This document shows, in pieces, positions 57,873 through 64,000 of a stretch of DNA of 64,000 nucleotides (position 1 is its first letter; every line of letters starts with the position of its first letter). Made by a program: the position numbers and the translations under genes. The notes under the pieces were generated by a model. That model was not told where the DNA came from, did no database searches, and worked only from the letters and a program-made list of their open reading frames with translations. The stretch is from contig CAWEPH010000005.1 of the NCBI GenBank assembly GCA_963810915.1, positions 280,506-344,505 on the forward strand, read 5' to 3'. Origin of the DNA: an uncultured Actinomycetes bacterium. Lineage in GTDB: Bacteria; Actinomycetota; UBA4738; HRBIN12.

Positions 57873-59034
57873 TTAGCCGCTCGGGTTGGACGTGCGGTTG
57901 ACGAAGAGGCTCTTGCCGTTCGGGCTCCAGGAAACGACGTTGAAGTCGCTGGCCACGCTGACCCCGAGATCCTTGACCTTGCCGTTCCCAACCGACAGCA
58001 CCTTCACGTCGAGCCTGGGCCAGCTGGAATACCCTCCGGTCCCCGGGGCCGCGAGCTGGAACCGCTCCACAGGGTTGTAGGTGAGGAGTGCGATGCTCGA
58101 TCCATCGGGGGACCAGCGGGGCGAGAACCCCTCCGCCACCGGGTGGAGGTGCGAACCGTCGGCGTCCATGATCGCCACACCGCCCCCATGGAACAGCGCG
58201 ATCCGTGAGCCATCGGGTGAGTAGGCGGCCTCCGAATCGTCGTCGCGGTTCTTGGTGATCCGCGTGGGCGTGCCGCTTCCGTCGGCCGCGACCGAGTAGA
58301 TCTCCTGCGTGGTCGAGAACCCGTTATCGTCCAACGGGACCGCGCCGGCATCGTTGTAGATGATGTGGGTGCCGTCGGGCGACCAGGACGGCCAGCCCTT
58401 CCACGTCGATCCCGACGTGAGGCGCCGCAGGCGGGAACCGTCGGCGTCGATCACGAAGATCTCGGTCGTGAAGGCCGATCGCGAGCTCCGCGTGCGACGA
58501 AGGCGATCCGCGAGTCCGTCGGGCGACCAGACGGGTTGGTCGACCACCGCCGTGCCCGAGGTGTTGTGCACCGTACGAAGTGCGACCCGCAGCCGTCCAC
58601 CCGCACCGCCGCGATGCGGGGGCCGGGCGAGCACGCGCCGCAGACGCCGACGTCGGTCGAGCGCGTGACGTAGGCGATCCACGTGCCGTCGGGCGACAGG
58701 GTCGGCTCCCACGCGTCGGGCGCGAGGTTCACCCCTTGATGACCGTGCCGTCCATGCTCATGAACGTCGGCGCCATCGTCGCGACCCCTGCGGGCTGCGG
58801 GATCCGCGTCGGGGTGAGTGATACCTGAGTCGCCGGACGACCGCTGTCGTCGCCCGCCGGGTTGGTGATGAAGAAGACCGCCAACGCGGCGATCACGGCC
58901 GCGGCGAGGGCGATCGCGCCGATCCGCTGCCGGCGACGGCGACGTTCCTGCGCTTCGTGCTGTCGTTGCAGGGCGCCCTGGTCGGGGCCCGCCTTCTGGG
59001 TGACCATCTCGAAGACCTCCTTGGACTCAGGCAT
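57873..59034 (-). CDS. putative anti-sigma factor: cytoplasmic N-terminus, one TM, TolB-like PD40 beta-propeller (about four frame switches between 58495 and 58730)
   Basis: TM helix IGAIALAAAVIAALAVFFI. Repeated WSPDG/YSPDG/LSPDG blades are spread over three frames. It lies directly downstream of the ECF sigma gene. Confidence 0.6.
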
Positions 59035-59043
59035 CCCCGCTCC

Positions 59044-59631
59044 TCACGTCGCTCTCAGCGCCGCTCGCCCCTGAGAGGCGAGCACGCGCACCGTCGTGGG
59101 CCGGATGCCCATCATCTGGCCGGCCTGCTCCGAGCTGTACCCGTACACGTCCGTGAGGACCACCGCGGCGCGCTGCCTGGGTGTGAGTTGGAGCAGCAGT
59201 CGGCGGAGGTCCTCCTTGAGGTCCACGTCGTCGAAGGGGTCCGGCGTGGTGCCCACGATCGTCAGGTGTCGAGCGGCGGTCCGTGCCCGGCGCGCCCGCA
59301 TCCGGAACCCGTTCAGGGCCACGCGGAAGAGGTATCCCACCGCGTCGTCGATCTCCCCGATCCGGTCCCAGCGCTCCCAGAGCTTCAGGAAGGCGTCCTG
59401 CATGAGTTCCTCCGCGTCCTGACGGCTGCCCGTGACGAAGTACAGCGCCCGGTACAGGCGTTCGTGCTGGTCGATGAAGAAGTCGTCGAAGCTGAGCGGG
59501 GCATCGGACGTCACGAACCCCTCCACCACGAGCCCTTCTCCCTCGGTCTGCACGAGCCATGGATGCACGAGGTACCCGCATCGTTTAGCGGATGGCCTGT
59601 TCGGGCAACTCAGGCGTGACGCAGCGCCCAC
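59044..59631 (-). CDS. ECF-type RNA polymerase sigma-70 family factor
   Basis: Region 2 (DAEELMQDAFLKLWERW) and region 4 (LTPRQRAAVVLTDVYGYSSEQAGQMMGIRPTTVRVLASQGR). The true start is probably one of the GTGs at 59526-59568. Confidence 0.8.
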   Translation of the reverse strand: MGAASRLSCPNRPSAKRCGYLVHPWLVQTEGEGLVVEGFVTSDAPLSFDDFFIDQHERLYRALYFVTGSRQDAEELMQDAFLKLWERWDRIGEIDDAVGYLFRVALNGFRMRARRARTAARHLTIVGTTPDPFDDVDLKEDLRRLLLQLTPRQRAAVVLTDVYGYSSEQAGQMMGIRPTTVRVLASQGRAALRAT

Positions 59632-59694
59632 GGCCCTGGTGAGGACCCCACATCGGATGCCGGATCACCGGGGTCCGGCCGAGCGGCTAGCTCG

Positions 59695-60496
59695 TCAAAC
59701 GAGTCCCCGCAGCTCCTCGGGCACGAGGTCCGCCAAGCTCCACCCGGTCCACAGGTCGCGCGCGATCCGATCCATCGGCGCGCGGACCCCGAAGCGCTCG
59801 AAGTACGTCGCCCATGCGCTCGAGATCGCGCCGCAGGAACGCCTCCGCATGGCTGTTCTTGCGAGGGTCGACGGCCTGAGGAAGGTCGATGATCGTCAGG
59901 CGCCCTTCCCAGACCAGCACGTTGTACGGCGAGAGGTCTCCGTGCACCACGTTGTTGAACAGCATCAGCTCAACCGCGTGCACCATCTGGTCGAACAGGT
60001 CCTCGGCCTCCTCGCGATCGTCGGGGACGTACGAGCGCAGCTGCGGCGCCGCGATCTCGAGGTCGCCCACGTAGGACATCAAGATCGCGTCGTCCGTGCG
60101 CTCGATGGCCTCCGGCACCGGGACGGGCGCCGCTGCGGCCGAGAGCATCCGGAGCGACTCCCATTCGCGACTCACCCAGATGCCCCCCTGCACCTCGCGG
60201 CCGAACCTCGTCTTCTTCTCGAGGGCCGCGCGGATGCGCCGCTCCTTGATCCACTCGCCGTCGCGGTAGAGCCCGTCGTCGCGGAAGTCCCGCTGGTTCA
60301 GCGGGTGAAAGGCCTTCAGCGCGAGGTACTCGTGCCCCGTCGTGCGTGGGTTGGCGCGGCAGAGGTGGACCGATGCCTCCTTGCCGCTCTTGATCGGTCG
60401 GATGACCGCTTCGATGAGCCCTTCATCGAGGAAGTGCTCGGCCGCTGCATCGTGCAACGTGGTGCTCCTTTCGGGTCGTGGACATGCAGATGCCAC
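59695..60496 (-). CDS. RIO-type atypical serine protein kinase (frame switch near 59808)
   Basis: The three RIO signatures are present: SGKEASVHL, VHGDLSPYNVLV and IIDLPQAVD. The restored C-terminus reads YFERFGVRAPMDRIARDLW..., with a stop at 59695. Confidence 0.75.
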
Positions 60497-60633
60497 GTCC
60501 CCGAAGGAGGTCGGATGCGCCGGCGGTGGCGTGCGCTACCGCTGGCGCGAGACGAACCGGAAGGGACGCGGCGCGCGCGCGATGTCGAGAACCGAGATCG
60601 CGGCCATACCTCATCCCCCCTTCCGGTCGTCGC

Positions 60634-60651
60634 GGCGCGTGGACACGCGCC
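60634..60651. other. 18-nt perfect palindrome GGCGCGTG-GA-CACGCGCC
   Basis: 23 nt downstream of the DsbB-like stop and about 140 nt upstream of the RIO kinase start on the minus strand. It could be a hairpin terminator or an operator. Confidence 0.3.
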
Positions 60652-60673
60652 GATGCTGCACGAGTATAGATCG

Positions 60674-61228
60674 TTAGTCCGGCGAGTCGAAGGCCTCGAA
60701 CCCCGCGTGTCGCGCCACGAGGAGCAAGGCGATGATCAGTGCGAACCCGCTGAGGGCCATCATCGGGATCGAGACGTAGTGGAAGCGCCAGATCCACACC
60801 ACGGTGCAGGGGGCTTCCGCGCTGCACGAGAGCGAGGTCTGGTGCGGGAACCTCTCCAGCTGGTAGTGGTAGGTCGACAGGATGGCGCCGATGGCCGCGA
60901 CCGGCACCGCATAGTGCCAGTAGTCGCGATCGCGACGGAGCGCCGCGATGAGCAGCACGACCGCGAGCGGGTACATGGCGATCCGTTGGTACCAACAGAG
61001 CTTGCACGGGACGAAGTGGGCGACCTCCGACAGGTAGAGGCTCCCCAGGGTTGCGGTGAGCGCCACGATCCACGCGAGCCAGATGCCGTTCTCGCCGATG
61101 ACCTCCCAGACGGCGTCGCGCGCGCGCGCGAGGCCGGGAGACAGCCTGGCACCGATCGCCAGCACGACGATCGCCAGCAGGCTCAGCTGCGCGACCACGG
61201 TGAGCAGCGCGAACAGCGTCGACATCAT
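60674..61228 (-). CDS. DsbB/BdbC-like disulfide bond formation protein
   Basis: Four TM helices. CxxC in [15 protein letters not shown] and a second Cys pair, SCSAEAPC. Start taken at ATG 61228. Confidence 0.75.
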   Translation of the reverse strand: MMSTLFALLTVVAQLSLLAIVVLAIGARLSPGLARARDAVWEVIGENGIWLAWIVALTATLGSLYLSEVAHFVPCKLCWYQRIAMYPLAVVLLIAALRRDRDYWHYAVPVAAIGAILSTYHYQLERFPHQTSLSCSAEAPCTVVWIWRFHYVSIPMMALSGFALIIALLLVARHAGFEAFDSPD

Positions 61229-61319
61229 CCGGACGTTCACGGGTAGCGAGCCTACCGGAGGCATCCGGCCGGCGCGGGGGTCAGGCGGCGGTGTCAGAGG
61301 GGGCCACTAGGGTGCGCCC

Positions 61320-62684
61320 ATGGCCAAGACGAGATCCGTCCTCGCTTGTTCGGAGTGTCGTCAGCAGGTGTCGCAGTGGGTGGGCCGGTGCCCCGGATGC
61401 GGTGCCTGGGGAACGGTGGAAGACGTCATCGGGGGTGTCACCGGCGGCGGCGCGGCACGCGCCGCCGACGCCCCCGTGCCGCTGGTCGGTCTCGGAGCTG
61501 CCCCCGAGATCGACCAGCGGACCTCCACGGGATCCGACGGCGTCGACCGGGTGCTCGGGGGTGGCCTCGTGCCCGGCTCGGTCACGCTGCTCGCCGGGGA
61601 GCCGGGCATCGGGAAGTCCACCCTCCTGCTGCACATCGTCGCCAACCTGTCGGCAGCCGGCCACCCGTGTCTCCTCGTGTCGGGTGAGGAGTCGCATGCG
61701 CAGGTGGCGGCGCGCGCGCGACGCCTCGGGATCGCAGGAGGCGTCCTCTCGTTCGCCCCGGGTCGCGACCTGGAACAGGTGCTGGCCGCCGCGGCCACGG
61801 CGCGGCCGTTCCTCCTCGCGGTCGACTCCATCCAGGCCCTGCGCGACACCTCCGGCTCCCAGATGCCGGGCGGCGTGTCGCAGGTGAGGACGTGCACCGA
61901 TGCGCTGGTGGGCCTCGCCAAGTCTCAGGGCACCGCGGTGGTGCTCACAGGGCACGTGACCAAGGACGGCGACCTGGCCGGTCCGCGCACGTTGGAGCAT
62001 GCGGTCGACGTCGTGCTCGCCTTCGACGGTGATCCGCGCTCGGGGTTGCGCCTGCTCTCGGGAGGGAAGAACCGGTTCGGCACCGAGGGTGAGACCGCGT
62101 GGTTCGAGATGGGTGCCGCGGGCCTACGCGAGATCGACCCCACGCAGCTCCTCGTGTCGGGGGAGCGGGTCCCGGGTGCCGCCATCGCGCTTCCCAGATC
62201 CGGACGACGGGCCCTCGCCGTGGAGCTGCAGGCCCTCGTGGGCTCCACGGACGGCCCGGCGCGTCGACAGGCCACCGGGCTCGACCTGCGCCGGTTCCAG
62301 TTGGTCGCCGCCGTGTTGGAGCGGTCGGGGCTCGCGCTCGGGCGCGCCGAGCTCTACGGCGCCTCGTCGGGAGGCGTCAAGGTCGACGATCCCGCCTGCG
62401 ATCTCGCCATCGCGGCGGCCCTCGCTTCAGCATCGACGGGTGCGCTGCCGCCGCAAGACGCGGCGTTCGTGGGGGAGGTGACGCTCACAGGCCTCGTTCG
62501 GCCCGCACCCGCCATGGCACAGCGCCTCGCCGCCGCCCGCGCCGTCGGGTGCCGCACGGTGTTCGCATCCGCGGGGCACGGCGCACCGGCGCATCAGGGG
62601 CTCCGGATCGTGCCGGTCCGCACCCTGCGCGACGCACTCGGATGGGCCCTTCCAGCTGCTGTGACGGCTCGCCTGCCCGCCTGA
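61320..62684 (+). CDS. radA: DNA repair protein RadA/Sms
   Basis: Zinc finger CSECRQ..CPGCG, Walker A GEPGIGKST, KNRFG motif and a Lon-like C-terminus. Confidence 0.95.
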   Translation: MAKTRSVLACSECRQQVSQWVGRCPGCGAWGTVEDVIGGVTGGGAARAADAPVPLVGLGAAPEIDQRTSTGSDGVDRVLGGGLVPGSVTLLAGEPGIGKSTLLLHIVANLSAAGHPCLLVSGEESHAQVAARARRLGIAGGVLSFAPGRDLEQVLAAAATARPFLLAVDSIQALRDTSGSQMPGGVSQVRTCTDALVGLAKSQGTAVVLTGHVTKDGDLAGPRTLEHAVDVVLAFDGDPRSGLRLLSGGKNRFGTEGETAWFEMGAAGLREIDPTQLLVSGERVPGAAIALPRSGRRALAVELQALVGSTDGPARRQATGLDLRRFQLVAAVLERSGLALGRAELYGASSGGVKVDDPACDLAIAAALASASTGALPPQDAAFVGEVTLTGLVRPAPAMAQRLAAARAVGCRTVFASAGHGAPAHQGLRIVPVRTLRDALGWALPAAVTARLPA

Positions 62685-62837
62685 ACTCCGGCCTCCGGCC
62701 TAGTCCCGACGGACCATGTCGAGGCTACGTATAGCCCTCTGACCTGCGGTTTTGGGTTGCGTCGCAAGGCGGGTCCGTGCTACCCTCTAGCTACTGAACC
62801 ATCGTTCGCATTCCCCGCAGCTCTCCAGGGAGGTTTC

Positions 62838-63347
62838 GTGTTCCGCAAGGGCGATACCGTGGTGCATCCGGAGCATGGCGCAGCAGTCATCGAAGAGCTG
62901 CGAGAGAAGGAATTCCTGGGGGAGAAGCGGACATACCTCGTGTTGCGGGTGGCCTACGGCGACCTGACCCTCATGATCCCGACCGATTCGACCGAGCAGG
63001 TGGGATTGCGCTCCGTGGTGAGCAAGAACGAGGTCAAGAAGGTCCTGAAGGTGCTGACGGAGGACGAGTCCTCCATGGCGGCCAACTGGTCCCGTCGGTT
63101 CAAGAACAACATGGAGAAGCTGCATTCGGGCGACCCGTACCAGGTGGCCGAGGTGCTTCGGAACCTCTCCATCCGCGACCGCGAGAAGGGGCTGTCGGCC
63201 GGAGAGAAGCGCATGATCACCAAGGCGCGACAGATCCTCATCTCGGAGCTGTCCCACGCCACCGGCAAGTCCGAGGAAGACGCCGAGATCATGATCGACG
63301 AGGTCCTCGACGACGCCCACGGCGCGAAGCTCGTCGCCGAGGCCTGA
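62838..63347 (+). CDS. carD: CarD-family RNA polymerase-binding transcription regulator
   Basis: GTG at 62838 after GGGAGG. FRKGDTVVHPEHGAAVIEEL and WSRRFKNN motifs. Confidence 0.9.
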   Translation: MFRKGDTVVHPEHGAAVIEELREKEFLGEKRTYLVLRVAYGDLTLMIPTDSTEQVGLRSVVSKNEVKKVLKVLTEDESSMAANWSRRFKNNMEKLHSGDPYQVAEVLRNLSIRDREKGLSAGEKRMITKARQILISELSHATGKSEEDAEIMIDEVLDDAHGAKLVAEA

Positions 63348-63508
63348 ATCCCGCTCCCTTGAGGCTCGCCGCGAGCCGGGCTTCGGTGTCGTCCCAGGCA
63401 ACCCCTCAGGGTCTCCGCCGCCTGCGCCGATGACCCTTCCGTAGGGGTCGCCGCCGCCCCGTGAGGCCGCGGCCACCCCTGTCACCGTCGGAAGGGGTCG
63501 AGCCGGGC

Positions 63509-64000
63509 ATGAGCGAGAGAGAGCCTCGCGTGGGCGCGCTGCGTGGGCGCCTGGTCGAAGGTGTGCGGCTGATCTTCATCGCCCTGCTGGCCACCGCCGG
63601 CTACCAGGTCGGTTCCTCCTACGCCGCGGACAGCACGAGCAAGGCCCTGATGTTCATCTTCCTGGGCGCCGCGATCGGGTTCGTGATCGGTGGCGTGATG
63701 GGGCGCCTGACGTTGCGGGCCGTCGGCGGCATGGAACGCGAGCTCCGGCGGAAGCCGGCCCCCCAGCTGGCGGGAGGTGTCGTGGGCCTCGTGATCGCCA
63801 TGGTCGTCGCGGGCTTGATGATGATCCCCCTGCTCTTCGTCCCTCCGTCGATCTCCTGGCCCGGCATCGTGTTCCTCTACCTCGCGCTGGGCTCGCTCGG
63901 GTTCCGTCTCGGCGAGGCCAAGCACGAGGACTTGTTCGCGCTGGTCGGGATGAAGCCTCGTGCCTCCGCGGCCTCGGCGCGGGGCGACCTGCACGTGATC
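63509..64000 (+). CDS. polytopic membrane protein, probably the N-terminus of a YacL-like PIN/TRAM protein (partial, runs off the window)
   Basis: ATG at 63509. Four hydrophobic helices and GC-rich third positions. No stop before 64000, so it is absent from the ORF track. Its position after radA/carD matches yacL in other Gram-positives. Confidence 0.5.
   Translation, partial: MSEREPRVGALRGRLVEGVRLIFIALLATAGYQVGSSYAADSTSKALMFIFLGAAIGFVIGGVMGRLTLRAVGGMERELRRKPAPQLAGGVVGLVIAMVVAGLMMIPLLFVPPSISWPGIVFLYLALGSLGFRLGEAKHEDLFALVGMKPRASAASARGDLHVI

Noticed and set aside
1-64000. Search for defence islands, prophage, biosynthetic gene clusters or toxin-antitoxin pairs.
   Set aside because: I recognised no nucleases, helicase/ATPase defence modules, phage structural genes, PKS/NRPS or small paired ORFs of TA type. 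Gene content and synteny are those of a conserved chromosomal core.

Overview
This is a 64-kb, very GC-rich (roughly 70% by eye, not computed) chromosomal segment. Its gene order matches conserved core-genome neighbourhoods of high-GC Gram-positives (Actinomycetota-like): APC permease-trkA-trkA ... OB-fold protein; topA-tmk-holB; tilS-hpt-ftsH-folE-folP-folB-folK ... panC-coaX-lysS ... clpC ... radA-carD-yacL-like. I found one tRNA-Thr(CGU) and no rRNA, CRISPR, transposase, integrase or recognisable defence genes, so this is mostly housekeeping DNA and I cannot point to a clear novel multi-gene system.

The parts worth a second look are:

1. A potassium/ion-homeostasis supercluster at 2.4-20 kb. 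It holds a K+-independent-type H+-PPase, kdpFABC, a split KdpD (an orphan N-terminal sensor gene in the trkA operon and a C-terminal kinase next to kdpE), a second KdpD-C/KdpE-like pair, two trkA genes and an APC-type permease with a duplicated C-terminal domain. A helically phased repeat array lies in the kdp control region.
2. A signalling neighbourhood at 27-38 kb. Its centre is a REC + LuxR-HTH + class III cyclase fusion, overlapped by a polytopic HisKA_3 kinase and divergent from a paralogous NarL-type regulator. Around it sit USP proteins, a USP-ABC1 kinase fusion and three copies of a GGTGC-YR-GCACC palindrome, all in intergenic DNA.
3. An alpha/beta-hydrolase-fold gene lacking the nucleophile Ser, translationally coupled inside the folate operon.
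4. A stand-alone cNMP-binding protein plus a REC-only protein upstream of clpC.

A major caveat is that about thirty frame disruptions, by manual frame tracing, hit essential genes too (topA, ftsH, tilS, hpt, folP) and cluster in a few regions. They look more like indel errors in the assembly than real pseudogenes. All family assignments rest on motif recognition by eye; no searches were run.
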